Positions 45,859-56,277 of a stretch of DNA of 60,958 bases are shown here, piece after piece; the stretch's first letter is position 1; the number at the start of each line of letters is the position of its first letter. Under the pieces are notes generated by a model. That model ran no database searches. It was not told where the DNA came from and worked only from the letters and a program-made list of their open reading frames with translations. The position numbers and the translations under genes were made by a program. This DNA is from a virus. Taxonomy: Duplodnaviria > Caudoviricetes. The DNA lies in IMG/VR virus record IMGVR_UViG_3300045996_002303, positions 1 through 60,958 of that record. One strand, written 5' to 3'.

Positions 45859-47946
45859 TTAATACTTCAACACCACCACATTATAGTCTGCCGCCGATGA
45901 GTAGTTGGCGGAACCAGTAGATACATTGTGAACGCGTAATGTAACTGTATTGGTAGCCGACACAAATGCATCGTATACTTCACCGTTACTATATGCCGCC
46001 AGCTTGCTAACTGTAACAGGGTCACCCACTGCTGCACCGGTTACCGTGAAACTCGTCGATGTGCTGCTACCTGCGCCCACAACGCCGGGTGTCCAGTTGG
46101 TCGTTCCTTTCAATGCGCTGATAGTAGGAGTTGCCCATGACGGCACACCGGTTGCCAGCGTTAATACATCACCGTTCGATGCAGCGGCCAGCCGAACAAA
46201 GTTTCCGCTTCCGTCGCGGTAATATATATCACCGGTGGCATCGCTGCCGAGGTTGATTTTAACGCTGCCTGAAACTTCAAAGGCGGCAGTATTAGTGTTA
46301 TGCAGTGTACTCATCTGCCCGATACGGAAACCGGTTGCATCCGAGCGAAAGCCGAGATTTGTGGATGTATTGCCAGAACCAAAGAACAGAAAATTACCGG
46401 TGAAGCCTATTGGTTTCGCAGGCGTTGCGCTGCCGCTGTAATTGTTAATGGTAAATGATTCTGCAAGCGCTATAGAGGTGCCAGGCACATTGCCTGATGC
46501 GCCGCTATTGTATCGTATGATCTCGGTATATTGATTACCGCCAACGTCCTGCGCTAATATCTGTGTGGTATATGCACCATTTCCGGCACTGTTGTTTTCT
46601 ATCGTTGCTATGGCTCCGGCATTCGCGTTATTCGATACGTTAAAGTGAGAACCAGTAAAGCCAACCGAGCTTGGCCCCGCAACTACCCTGGTTGACCCTC
46701 TGAGTGTTCCGCTGTAATTTCCGTCTACGCCATACACCGTTGACCATCGACGGGATGGGTCACCTAATAAAGTAGTGTTATTGCTTTCTGATCTGAGCGT
46801 TATACCATCTTCAATACGAATTTCCGATGGCCCAATGTCCATTGTGGGTATAATCGCCGCATCGAATCCCATCAATGAAAAGGTTCTGGTACCACTTGAT
46901 ACCGTTCCGGCTAATGTCCCCGTTACGCCTACCGTGGAATCATACACTAACCCGAATCCTTTTGTCTCTGTTAAATTCCAGCTACTACCCGCACCTGTTA
47001 TAGAAGGTTGAGTGCTGAAATAAACGCGATCATCCGCCGGTGATTTAAGGTATAGCCTTGAAACAGTATGGTAGAAGTCATAGCTTCCCGCATCCCGGAT
47101 TGTATAACTACTTAACCTTTTTTGAATACCCGCTCTCGTTATATAGAACTCGTGTTTCTCTGCATCAATTGTATCGCCGACGGTTGGTATATAGGTATGC
47201 TCCCAGCTTTCGCCGATGCCCGGTTCACCTACCTGGTATTGACCGCCGCCGCTATTTATATTCCAGCCCATATGAAAAACGTTATCCCTGCGCGTTACCC
47301 CGCCGAACTTGGTAGCGCCTAAGCCAAACAGTAATGGCGGCGGATCACCAGTGCGATCCAATGGCTTCACCTCCATAAAGTAACCGCCTTTTGCATCGCC
47401 GTCGGCTGCAGTCGATACACTATCGAATACATACATACGATCAGTCACATTACCCAAATCCATCGTCTCCTGCAAAGTGCCGCCCGCGCCGGCAATTGCG
47501 TCTGCCAAATCCGAGGGCGTGACGAGTTCGGAAGTGTCGGCTTTGATTGTTATCGTATTGGCTGTTGTGGTACTGTCTATATCTACACCATACCCCGGAT
47601 TGATTCGCTTAAAATTGCCACCTGGTGTTGCAAGGAGAGCGTAACCGGTGCCGATGTTGTTGAGGGTAACGGAAGTGCCGCCTCCACCAGCCCCTGGTAT
47701 CACCAAGGTGTCAAGACCAATCACAATAGTGCTATCATTAAGAACCTTTGATCTTATGAATCTTGTTAACCCGCCACCTACGTTTGTAAGCAACCCGAGG
47801 CTATCCTTTGTCTTATTGATAACGTAAAGCTCACAAGTTCCGTTTTGCTTCATTATCTTAACCGTATCAAAACGTAAGTAGCCGGTTGTCTGGCCGGCTA
47901 CTTTCAAGGCTGCGAAAAGCAGCACAAACATTATTATCCTTTTCAT
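45859..47946 (-). CDS. Tail fibre-like/adhesin protein with N-terminal signal peptide
   Basis: G/T/S-rich beta protein, fibre-like GDIYYRDGSGNFVRLAAASNGDVLT and LGDPSRRWSTVY; follows tail tube gene. Confidence 0.6.
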   Translation of the reverse strand: MKRIIMFVLLFAALKVAGQTTGYLRFDTVKIMKQNGTCELYVINKTKDSLGLLTNVGGGLTRFIRSKVLNDSTIVIGLDTLVIPGAGGGGTSVTLNNIGTGYALLATPGGNFKRINPGYGVDIDSTTTANTITIKADTSELVTPSDLADAIAGAGGTLQETMDLGNVTDRMYVFDSVSTAADGDAKGGYFMEVKPLDRTGDPPPLLFGLGATKFGGVTRRDNVFHMGWNINSGGGQYQVGEPGIGESWEHTYIPTVGDTIDAEKHEFYITRAGIQKRLSSYTIRDAGSYDFYHTVSRLYLKSPADDRVYFSTQPSITGAGSSWNLTETKGFGLVYDSTVGVTGTLAGTVSSGTRTFSLMGFDAAIIPTMDIGPSEIRIEDGITLRSESNNTTLLGDPSRRWSTVYGVDGNYSGTLRGSTRVVAGPSSVGFTGSHFNVSNNANAGAIATIENNSAGNGAYTTQILAQDVGGNQYTEIIRYNSGASGNVPGTSIALAESFTINNYSGSATPAKPIGFTGNFLFFGSGNTSTNLGFRSDATGFRIGQMSTLHNTNTAAFEVSGSVKINLGSDATGDIYYRDGSGNFVRLAAASNGDVLTLATGVPSWATPTISALKGTTNWTPGVVGAGSSTSTSFTVTGAAVGDPVTVSKLAAYSNGEVYDAFVSATNTVTLRVHNVSTGSANYSSAADYNVVVLKY

Positions 47947-47968
47947 ATTGTCAGGATGTCATTGTTAA

Positions 47969-48514
47969 TTATGGTGCAACTGTGAAACATTCGAAGATTC
48001 CAGCGGGTTCGTCAAAGGGACATGGCACATCCTTGTCGGCCCATTTAACGAGCACGTCCCATACAACGTCCGAGTTAAGATCTTCGGTTACTGGGTTCTT
48101 TGGAATTACTACAACAGGGTTGTTCGTGATATGTATTTGCGTTTCGGTCTTGAAAGCGTACCGGTAATTTTTACTGTTCTTTAACAGATTGTAGAACTCG
48201 CAGTTGCTTTTATAATTCGGGTCCTTGAAGTTGCTAGTGAAGTTGTAGCCAATAAAGCTTTCGCTTTGTCGACCATAACCGGCGCCAAGTACTTCAGAAC
48301 CACCATCGAACGAACCCAGCACACCTGGTATTACCAGTATATCACGGTTGTTGATACCTGTTTGCCATTCGGTTGGGTTCGAAGGGTCAGTAAATTCAAA
48401 TGAGTCTTTAATAAACGCAACATCGCCTACACGACCTTTTTCGCGAGCTTCGCATGGATCGCATATATGATCAGGGATTTCTACTTCGCAATCAGAGGGA
48501 TAATAAACTGCCAT
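47969..48514 (-). CDS. Putative major tail (tube) protein
   Basis: 181 aa, position after neck genes. Confidence 0.55.
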   Translation of the reverse strand: MAVYYPSDCEVEIPDHICDPCEAREKGRVGDVAFIKDSFEFTDPSNPTEWQTGINNRDILVIPGVLGSFDGGSEVLGAGYGRQSESFIGYNFTSNFKDPNYKSNCEFYNLLKNSKNYRYAFKTETQIHITNNPVVVIPKNPVTEDLNSDVVWDVLVKWADKDVPCPFDEPAGIFECFTVAP

Positions 48515-48524
48515 AAGTTAAAAT

Positions 48525-49058
48525 TTATGGGCACTTTTTAAAGCACCCCTTTGAAAAAGTTGTTTCGATTGAATAATTTATTTTAAAGAAGAACTGATCT
48601 TCTTTCAGTTTGTAAGTGTCGCTGGATATGTATTCCTGTTTATACACTGACAGGCTGTCAAAAACAGAGTTTGTGAATGTTGCAATTACAGACTTGTAAG
48701 GAATGACCGAGAACCTTTCCGGAGTATTAGCTTGAGCAAATAACAAGAACTCGTCAGGATACATTTTAGCTTTTTGTTTGTCCAAAAAAACCACCATCGA
48801 TAACTGATAGGTGTTTACCTGATCGCCAACGCTTCTCCCTGCTCCTGTTCCTGCCTTAATTGCGCTGGTCATGGAATTAAGTCTATGATAAATTCGAACC
48901 GGGTAAACGTCATCAATGCCAACGTACCTTTCATTTATTACCGGAATGGTTACTTCATCACGTGATAATAGTTCAGCAATTCCATTGGCCTCGCTTCCTG
49001 ATGGCAACCAGGTTAAAGAGCCATTTAATTCCTTTACTATGTCACGAATTGAGTGCAT
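48525..49058 (-). CDS. Putative tail terminator/completion protein
   Basis: Synteny and size. Confidence 0.45.
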   Translation of the reverse strand: MHSIRDIVKELNGSLTWLPSGSEANGIAELLSRDEVTIPVINERYVGIDDVYPVRIYHRLNSMTSAIKAGTGAGRSVGDQVNTYQLSMVVFLDKQKAKMYPDEFLLFAQANTPERFSVIPYKSVIATFTNSVFDSLSVYKQEYISSDTYKLKEDQFFFKINYSIETTFSKGCFKKCP

Positions 49059-49497
49059 CTGAAATGAGTTCGTTAATTCGATCTACCGCATATTTCTGCT
49101 CGGACTGAGAAAGGTTAAATATTACCTTACCCTTATTCCCTTCTACCCATCTTGCCTTTTGCAAATTGAATGGATTCGTAAACCCTATCCCGTAACCGTT
49201 TTGTGTAGCGATCACCGACCAATCGTTTTCAAGTTGACGCGTAAGACTAACGATGACCTTATTACCTGAATCCCGTTTATATTTTGCCTGCCGAAGTCTT
49301 AGATATGCATTATTGTATGTTCCGATTTGACCTCCATCCGAACCTTGTCCATTTTGATGTATTCTTTCGGTCATCAATGGGATCACCTCTAATGCAACAG
49401 GTCGAAGTAAATAATCCTTATTCTTTAATTGCTCCAACTGCTGCTTTATCCGGCCACTTACAACTTTGATATTTGACTTTATCGTCATGGCAACCAA
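49042..49497 (-). CDS. Putative neck/virion morphogenesis protein
   Basis: RIHQNGQGSDG, LTRQL, KARW pattern typical of Mu gpG-like proteins. Confidence 0.55.
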   Translation of the reverse strand: MVAMTIKSNIKVVSGRIKQQLEQLKNKDYLLRPVALEVIPLMTERIHQNGQGSDGGQIGTYNNAYLRLRQAKYKRDSGNKVIVSLTRQLENDWSVIATQNGYGIGFTNPFNLQKARWVEGNKGKVIFNLSQSEQKYAVDRINELISDALNS

Positions 49498-49997
49498 GTA
49501 ACTGTTTCAGGATTTCCAGCGCACTGCATGCAGCATTCTGAAGTATCCATGAGTAATACAGCTTGTTTTAATGCTTTTTCATACTCTACCTGATAGAATG
49601 TTTTAAGTTCTTCAGCCTGCTTTGAATCAATTGTGGTAAACCGATTAAGCCTTGAAGATGTAAGTCTGAAAATCATCAACCATGCGCCTAGGCAATACTT
49701 CCATGCCTGAACCAGCGTTTCAATATTGTCGCAGATCAGTGTATCGTAATCACACCCACGTTCCAGCTTGAAACATTTATTCAACTCGGACATTACATCA
49801 ATCCTAAATTGTGCAACGGCGGATTGCTGAACGTCTGCCCAAACTCCCAGGTAAGTGATTTGTTCGCTGTCTGCGATTTTATCAATGCTTTCGATACTGA
49901 TTCCGGGCATGCTATTCAAATAAAGCCCACTGCCAGGCTGTTCATAAACACCAGCACAATACGAAAGGCCGATATAGTCAATAAAGCATGTAAGCAT
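49485..49997 (-). CDS. Putative head-tail adaptor
   Basis: Helical protein directly after the capsid gene. Confidence 0.5.
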   Translation of the reverse strand: MLTCFIDYIGLSYCAGVYEQPGSGLYLNSMPGISIESIDKIADSEQITYLGVWADVQQSAVAQFRIDVMSELNKCFKLERGCDYDTLICDNIETLVQAWKYCLGAWLMIFRLTSSRLNRFTTIDSKQAEELKTFYQVEYEKALKQAVLLMDTSECCMQCAGNPETVTWLP

Positions 49998-50045
49998 TAT
50001 AGAAAGGGGGATTTCTCCCCCGTATAATTACAAACCCAAAAAAGA

Positions 50046-51179
50046 CTAAACAGGATAAGCGTAAGCAGGACCATTGTAGGCAGTGTTTCCGATGAAGTAC
50101 TTCAGCGTACCATTGGTGCCTTCCAGTTCATCACCGGTATCATAGCCGTTGTCGGGCTGAACCCACAACGCGTAGTCTTTACTGATGATGCCCTGCCATC
50201 CGCGATCTACGAATACCCCTTCTGAAATTTCAGTTCGGCAATCGTAGTACTTCAGCTGCAGATCCATTCTCAGATCATTCAAACAGTCATCGGGACAACC
50301 GAATTCCTGCACAGGCAACGGTAATGTTGTGAATATGCTTCCACCGGGCTTCTGACCAGCAAAAGCGCCCACGTATTTGTTACGGCCGATAAACTTCACG
50401 CTTCCAGGAGCGAACACGCCAATGGCATTGTTACCCCAGATACTTTGCGTGTCTTTATCGAAGAAGAAGCGAGGGAGACCAACTTTACTGGTATCAATAC
50501 CGGCAGCATTGCAACATGCGAGCGCCTGGGCTTTCTCGTAGGCCGCGAACAAGCCGCCACCCACGATACAAGGCTCTCCGCAGATTTCGTTTTCCTGAAG
50601 ATCCTGCATCATATCAACGATGCCGTTATCAAGAATAACCTTGCTGCCATCCTGGTTGATGTTGATCACTTTTCCGGAAGCGCTACCATTGGCCACATTC
50701 ACGCCGAATTCAGTAGCCATCGCGGTAACCAAAACCTGATTGATCTTCTTCAAAACAACGTTGGCGCCTTCTACAACCAGGTCGTACACTTCCTGCATCG
50801 CCTGGGTAGCAGGTTGCCCCACCGATACCATCCGGCTGGCATCTTCGCAATACCGGCTTACCTGATCATCGCTGATATGAAAGGAGTACTGCGCATGTGA
50901 TAGCGCCGGCACATTCCATTCGAGATAACCGGGCTGCGCATTGATGGTGCAATCGTCGGTAGTTTGCACGTCCGAAACCGTTGGCCGACGACGATATTTA
51001 ACTACCATGCTGCGCTGATGACCTCCCTGGTAAGATTCGTTCAGTGGGGACACCGAGCTATTTGCGCAACAAAACAACATCGCGAGGAAACCGGTAACAT
51101 GCATCTTTGAGCCCGGTGCATTATTACCAGCTATCTCCTTAATATGCTTAAGGAGGCTAGGGCAAAAACCATTTGCCAT
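50046..51179 (-). CDS. Major capsid protein
   Basis: 377 aa after scaffold gene, high-expression codon usage. Confidence 0.72.
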   Translation of the reverse strand: MANGFCPSLLKHIKEIAGNNAPGSKMHVTGFLAMLFCCANSSVSPLNESYQGGHQRSMVVKYRRRPTVSDVQTTDDCTINAQPGYLEWNVPALSHAQYSFHISDDQVSRYCEDASRMVSVGQPATQAMQEVYDLVVEGANVVLKKINQVLVTAMATEFGVNVANGSASGKVININQDGSKVILDNGIVDMMQDLQENEICGEPCIVGGGLFAAYEKAQALACCNAAGIDTSKVGLPRFFFDKDTQSIWGNNAIGVFAPGSVKFIGRNKYVGAFAGQKPGGSIFTTLPLPVQEFGCPDDCLNDLRMDLQLKYYDCRTEISEGVFVDRGWQGIISKDYALWVQPDNGYDTGDELEGTNGTLKYFIGNTAYNGPAYAYPV

Positions 51180-51210
51180 ATAACAATAAATTAAATGATG
51201 AGTAAATGAG

Positions 51211-52164
51211 TTACATCACGCTCGGCTTCTCGAGATCCGCTAAGGCCTGATCTGCTAAAGACGATAACGCGTGGTTTACAGCATTCCCATTGCCATTCCC
51301 ATTTTGATTCTGGTTCTGGTTTTGGCGCTGTTGATTGCCGTTGTTGTTTACATGATTCCTGGCACCGTTACCATTCCCATTTTGATTCTGGTTCTGGTTT
51401 TGGTCAGATACTTTGAGAATTTTGTCGCGGGACATTATTTTGTCGAGATAGCTCTTAGGAGTGAGCAAACGGTTGTCCTCGCCGAAGAAATTTGAACCGT
51501 CTTTTTTTCGTAATGCAAGTTGTCCGGATTCGTCTACGGTGAATTCCGCAGCATCCGCGTTTAATGATTTATTGATAATGGCTTTCAAAGTGATATCTTT
51601 CACCTCTCCGTCCAATTCGTCATATATTGTTTTGTAGCCGCCAAGAATATTGCGTAGCGCATAGGACATGTCTTTATCCTTCAGCTTCTTTTCGTACTCA
51701 GCACGGATGCCGGCTTCTTTGTCCTTTTCGGTGCGTAACTGGCTATTCAGTTCATTGATCTGCTGCTGCAGTGAATCCTTTTCGCCTTTACCGCTGTTCG
51801 CTTTCTTTTCTTCCAGATCTTTTATTTTGGCAGCAAGCAGAACTGCGCGTTTGGTCGAACTCTTTTCGGCCAGGATTTCATTTTTGATTTCATCCGGCAG
51901 TTTGTTATCGTCAATAAACCTGGTCAATTCCTTATCCAAACCGTCATACGCCTGACTGAAATAATGCCCCTTAATTGCTGAGTGATTGTTTTTAGCAGCA
52001 TCAAGCGAAAGCAGGCCGTTGTCAATACCGGTAATTAATGCATCAGGAATGCTGATATTAGCCAACTCAGGGGCGGCCAACAATGGTTTAATTGCTTCGT
52101 CATCAATCTTAACACCGGCTTTAATTGCCAATTCTTTCAAAAAATCTGCTGCTGTTTTGGGCAT
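51211..52164 (-). CDS. Capsid scaffolding protein
   Basis: Charged coiled coil with Q/N/G low-complexity tail, upstream of capsid gene. Confidence 0.68.
   Translation of the reverse strand: MPKTAADFLKELAIKAGVKIDDEAIKPLLAAPELANISIPDALITGIDNGLLSLDAAKNNHSAIKGHYFSQAYDGLDKELTRFIDDNKLPDEIKNEILAEKSSTKRAVLLAAKIKDLEEKKANSGKGEKDSLQQQINELNSQLRTEKDKEAGIRAEYEKKLKDKDMSYALRNILGGYKTIYDELDGEVKDITLKAIINKSLNADAAEFTVDESGQLALRKKDGSNFFGEDNRLLTPKSYLDKIMSRDKILKVSDQNQNQNQNGNGNGARNHVNNNGNQQRQNQNQNQNGNGNGNAVNHALSSLADQALADLEKPSVM
51293..51403. repeat. 33-bp direct repeat (51293-51325, 51371-51403) encoding QNQNQNQNGNG
   Basis: CCATTCCCATTTTGATTCTGGTTCTGGTTTTGG present twice. Confidence 0.85.
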
Positions 52165-52253
52165 AATTATAGTTTAACGTCTGGGTTTGGAAGGCTTCGG
52201 CCTTGGTTTCGTTCCACCACCGCAGGTACGGCAGTATAAAATGTTATTCAATT

Positions 52254-52532
52254 TCATTTTTGAAATGATTTAGGCTTTGGCCCCGGCTTCTTGCGATCAG
52301 TATTTTTTACCGATTCGTTCGTTACAACCGGTTGCACATCGTTATTATGTACCTCCTCAATTGTCTTACGCAGGTGTTGAGGCAGATTCCGGTTCTGCTC
52401 CATCAGCATCTTTTTTGCAGACAGCGGCAGCGCTGTTTCTTTATAAACAGGCATGCCGTTTACAATTTTTGGCCTATTGCCATCTTCTGTAACCGGAGAA
52501 ACTACTCTGAGATATGAGGAAGTGAAATACAT
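52254..52532 (-). CDS. Hypothetical protein
   Basis: First ORF of head operon; KKPGPKPK tail. Confidence 0.6.
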   Translation of the reverse strand: MYFTSSYLRVVSPVTEDGNRPKIVNGMPVYKETALPLSAKKMLMEQNRNLPQHLRKTIEEVHNNDVQPVVTNESVKNTDRKKPGPKPKSFQK

Positions 52533-52630
52533 AATTGGGATTGCAATTAATTATTACAGTAAAATTATATTTTCATTTTTGATTGAAAATTCTATAACTT
52601 CAGTATTTTGCATCAAATTGGTGTAGTTAA

Positions 52631-52813
52631 ATGGCTAAATCCATCACATTGAGGAACATCCCTAGTGATATTTTTCAGATATTATTACGGGAACAGCATA
52701 AAGTAAAGGCCCACCGAAATATTGGCCGGTTTGGGATAGAGCAAACTGTTTATAAGATTATCCGGGATAACGAACGCTGTAATAAGGAAAATGAAAAGGA
52801 GGATAAGAAATGA
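52631..52813 (+). CDS. Ribbon-helix-helix-like regulator
   Basis: SITLRNIPSDIFQIL (Arc/FitA-like N-terminus). Confidence 0.55.
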   Translation: MAKSITLRNIPSDIFQILLREQHKVKAHRNIGRFGIEQTVYKIIRDNERCNKENEKEDKK

Positions 52814-52967
52814 AGCGTTTTTTCAAATATCTCCTATGCATATTACTTATAAACTGGATTCTTACGCAAACTATTGATGCTTATAGTCACCCTGATATGA
52901 CTAGCACAAGAAGGTTCTTGAGAACACCAAAGACATTTATTTGGGATTTCACCTATAATAATCAGAA

Positions 52968-53714
52968 ATGAATTTATCCCTCTGCATAACAACATTTAAT
53001 AGGTTCGAACTACTTAAAGAATCCTACGCCCAGGTGATTGACGATACACGGATCTCAGAAATAATAATTGTTGACGATTGCAGCACTGAGCCCGGCATAA
53101 AAGAGAAGGTTAATGGCTTGGCCGGCGGGAAGGTGAAAGTTTACCACCAGGCGCAGAACAGAGGTATGAGCAGGAATAAAGCTGATGCGATTAGCTATGC
53201 ATCAAATGAGTGGTGTATTATTTTTGACAGCGATAATGTGATTGGGAAAGATTATTTGGATGCGTTTTTCAATTACGCGGGCGGGGCAATGGAGATAATA
53301 AAAGAAAAAGAAAGGTATATATTTTGCCCTGATTTCGCTAAACCGGATTTTGATTACAGGGCTTATAGGCAAGGAGGTGGTGGTTCAAGACATATTTATA
53401 GGGCAGGAATATATGGAAGCTCAGAAGCAAGGGTAGAAATAAAACACGACGACTTTAATTGCCTTCTTAACACCTGCAACTACATAGTTCATCGTGATAC
53501 CTATCTGAAGATATACCAGTTCAACCCAACGCACATAGCCAGCGACACAATTTGGCACAATTATAACCATTTAAAAGCCGGTGGTAGATTTTGGATTGTC
53601 CCTGGCATGCAATACTACCACCGCGTCCACAAAGGCAGCGGTTTCCTGCAAGGTGTTGATTACAATATGCGTACGCAGGCGGAGGTAAGAAAAATGATAA
53701 TGGAATTAAAATAG
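52968..53714 (+). CDS. Glycosyltransferase family 2
   Basis: LSLCITTFNR, IIIVDDCS, NRG...FDSDN. Confidence 0.88.
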   Translation: MNLSLCITTFNRFELLKESYAQVIDDTRISEIIIVDDCSTEPGIKEKVNGLAGGKVKVYHQAQNRGMSRNKADAISYASNEWCIIFDSDNVIGKDYLDAFFNYAGGAMEIIKEKERYIFCPDFAKPDFDYRAYRQGGGGSRHIYRAGIYGSSEARVEIKHDDFNCLLNTCNYIVHRDTYLKIYQFNPTHIASDTIWHNYNHLKAGGRFWIVPGMQYYHRVHKGSGFLQGVDYNMRTQAEVRKMIMELK

Positions 53715-53718
53715 CACT

Positions 53719-54063
53719 ATGATTAACCTACAACCAGAACAACTAAAGGCTTATTTCAATCCGGGGCAAGAACTGGAAATGCAGGATCAAATAAAGGCTT
53801 ATTACGCAACGCCGAAGCTGCCCGGCTTTCACCTTATATGCATAATGCAGCAAGGCCGTAATACTATGTATCATGTCGCCTTTTCCACTGAACTACCCGA
53901 CACCGGAAAGCCGTTTATAATTGAGGTGTTATTCGAGGAAACTCGGCGTATATCTTATAAAAACTTTCTTTTAAAAGCTAATGCAAAGACAGAGGAACCT
54001 TGGAATAATCCAAACCGATTAATTGCGCTTGCTATGCATAACCAGAAAAACGGTATTGTATGA
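53719..54063 (+). CDS. Hypothetical protein
   Basis: Coupled ORF. Confidence 0.5.
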   Translation: MINLQPEQLKAYFNPGQELEMQDQIKAYYATPKLPGFHLICIMQQGRNTMYHVAFSTELPDTGKPFIIEVLFEETRRISYKNFLLKANAKTEEPWNNPNRLIALAMHNQKNGIV

Positions 54064-54299
54064 GAATGTGGGTTACCGAAATACTAGCTATTGATCCCAA
54101 TGACGGGGTAATGAAATTATGGGCAGGCCCTAATGTGCCAGGTATTAATCACGAGGACGCGGAAAGGTACTGCCAGCAAAACGAATTAGGTTATTGCCAT
54201 GTTTTGGGTGAATTAGTTGCAGAAATACCTTGTAAAGAAGGAACGAATGAGCCGGATATGGGGAAGATTGTGGATTATGAGAAAATTCAAATTAATTAA
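54060..54299 (+). CDS. Hypothetical protein
   Basis: Coupled ORF. Confidence 0.55.
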   Translation: MRMWVTEILAIDPNDGVMKLWAGPNVPGINHEDAERYCQQNELGYCHVLGELVAEIPCKEGTNEPDMGKIVDYEKIQIN

Positions 54300-54305
54300 T
54301 TACAC

Positions 54306-54740
54306 ATGGCATACGAAGTTAAGCCGTTAATTGAACTGTCTGAATTAAAAATTGGAAATTGTTTATTATATAAGGGCGAAGTAGTGTATATCACCTCGTT
54401 ATCAATGGATATTGATGACGAATATGAGGATATGATTGGATTCTGTAAACTCGGTGAAACAAGTAACGAAATTGCGGCATGGAACAGGTCGTTATATAAC
54501 GATCTTGAAAGAATTCCACTTACTTATGAATGGGTTGTAAAATTAGGAGTCCACTTTAATTATGGCTATGAATTCGCTAAAATATTTAACTTATATATCG
54601 AAAATGGCGAACCGGTTTGTAAGGTTTACATACAACAATACAGCGAAGGCCGGGAACCACTTCCAGATATAAAATATGTACATCAATTTCAGGTATTATT
54701 TGCTGCGCTAATAGGAAAAGAACTAAAAGCTACCCAATGA
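54306..54740 (+). CDS. Conserved Bacteroidota phage protein
   Basis: ELKIGN, IPLT.EW, IKYVHQFQ. Confidence 0.6.
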   Translation: MAYEVKPLIELSELKIGNCLLYKGEVVYITSLSMDIDDEYEDMIGFCKLGETSNEIAAWNRSLYNDLERIPLTYEWVVKLGVHFNYGYEFAKIFNLYIENGEPVCKVYIQQYSEGREPLPDIKYVHQFQVLFAALIGKELKATQ

Positions 54741-55495
54741 TTCAACCCAAACTTTTCGCCCAGCTTGGCAACCAGTGTTTCATGATAAGTGCGGCCATTG
54801 CCCATGCTCTCAAAATGGGCACCACTTATTCCATCCCTAAAAAGACTATAAGCCCGGGCATTTGGCGAACTTATTTCAGTCATCTTCCGGAAACAAAGAG
54901 CGCCACGTTACACTATTACAAAGAGAAGCGGCATTGTTATGATCCGCTGCCGGAGGTTGATAGTCTCACCATTGAGGGGTATTTCCAAAGCGAAAAGTAC
55001 TGGCATGGTTATAAAGAGCAGATTGCGGAGGCGCTGGGGTTCGTTCATAAGCCGGCAGATTATGTGGCTGTGCATGTGCGCAGGGGGGACTACTTGAAAT
55101 ATCCTGATCAGTTTCCGGTGATGCATTTAGAGTACTACAAAAAATCGATTGAACTCCTAGCATTACAAGGATATTCAAAGTTTCGTGTTTACAGCGATGA
55201 TATTAGCTGGTGTAAACAATTTATCAAATGCGGGCTGGCAGATCACACTAAGTTTGATGACATATGCCGTTTTGAATATAGTGAGAATAAAGACCCACTC
55301 ACAGACATCAGGGATATGTATAATGCAAATGCTTTCATTATTGCAAACTCGTCTTATAGCCTTTTCCCAGCATTATTGCGAGGCAATAATCCGGCGGTTG
55401 TTGCACCAGACACGAAGCACTGGCCATGGTGCGGTGTTAACGGTAGCGAGGCGGTTGATTTGATGCCGGAAAGGTTTATAAAAATAAAAGCATGA
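54737..55495 (+). CDS. Glycosyltransferase family 11 (alpha-1,2-fucosyltransferase-like)
   Basis: LGNQCF, GYFQSEKYW, VHVRRGDY, SDDISWC, IIANSSYS. Confidence 0.9.
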   Translation: MIQPKLFAQLGNQCFMISAAIAHALKMGTTYSIPKKTISPGIWRTYFSHLPETKSATLHYYKEKRHCYDPLPEVDSLTIEGYFQSEKYWHGYKEQIAEALGFVHKPADYVAVHVRRGDYLKYPDQFPVMHLEYYKKSIELLALQGYSKFRVYSDDISWCKQFIKCGLADHTKFDDICRFEYSENKDPLTDIRDMYNANAFIIANSSYSLFPALLRGNNPAVVAPDTKHWPWCGVNGSEAVDLMPERFIKIKA

Positions 55496-55701
55496 GCAAA
55501 CCCTACCCAGATTATGCAGCCAGGCAATGGCCGAAGGGTGAAAAGCCGGATCTGCGCAGGATAACTAAATGCAGCGACCCCAAAGCATGGTATTCGGCTA
55601 TGGTTGGGAAAACTATAACCGTTCATTACTTCTGCACATTCGGGTGCTGGGATGTTAGCGGCAGGTGGTTGGATTATTACGATTTAAGTGAACCTTTATA
55701 A
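55492..55701 (+). CDS. Hypothetical protein
   Basis: Coupled ORF. Confidence 0.5.
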   Translation: MSKPYPDYAARQWPKGEKPDLRRITKCSDPKAWYSAMVGKTITVHYFCTFGCWDVSGRWLDYYDLSEPL

Positions 55702-55708
55702 ATTTTGT

Positions 55709-56275
55709 ATGCGTACATACTCAGATATAGAACAAATGGCAGGGCAGGATTACTCAATTGGTCTTACTGCTCATTATAAACCACTCGCCCAGTTTTTAAA
55801 AGAACGAGGGTATAAAACAGGTATTGAGATCGGTACCGCTTATGGAGGTAATGCTTATCACCTATTGCAAAACACTGAACTTGACAATCTAACCTGCATT
55901 GACCCTTATCTGTATTATCCGGCTATGCCCGGTTTTTCTTGTCAGGAGGAATACGACAAGCTTCACCAATTCGCCATAGATCGCCTTTCTGGATTTCCTA
56001 ATGCCTCTATTGTTCGGATTGATAGTTATACTTTTTACAATAGCGTTGCCAAAGATTTTAAGTTTGACTTCGTTTTCCTCGACGGCAGCCATGATTATGA
56101 AGATGTGAAATGGGAGTGCGAAAACTATTCTAAGATCATTAAACCTGGCGGCGTTCTGTCCGGCCACGACTACAATATTTTTGAGGGTGTGAACAAAGCG
56201 GTTGATGAGTTTGCGAAAGCAGAAGGCAAGCCGGTTGAGTTGTTGCCTGGTAATATTTGGTATATAAATTATTAA
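55709..56275 (+). CDS. Class I SAM-dependent methyltransferase (Methyltransf_24-like)
   Basis: IEIGTAYG, FDFVFLDGSHDYE, KPGGVLSGHDY. Confidence 0.88.
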   Translation: MRTYSDIEQMAGQDYSIGLTAHYKPLAQFLKERGYKTGIEIGTAYGGNAYHLLQNTELDNLTCIDPYLYYPAMPGFSCQEEYDKLHQFAIDRLSGFPNASIVRIDSYTFYNSVAKDFKFDFVFLDGSHDYEDVKWECENYSKIIKPGGVLSGHDYNIFEGVNKAVDEFAKAEGKPVELLPGNIWYINY

Positions 56276-56277
56276 AC

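Noticed and set aside
45859-47946. Diversity-generating retroelement acting on the fibre
   Set aside because: No reverse transcriptase or TR/VR pair seen
51293-51403. Repeat as an ncRNA or array
   Set aside because: Explained by the QN/GN low-complexity coding tail of the scaffold protein
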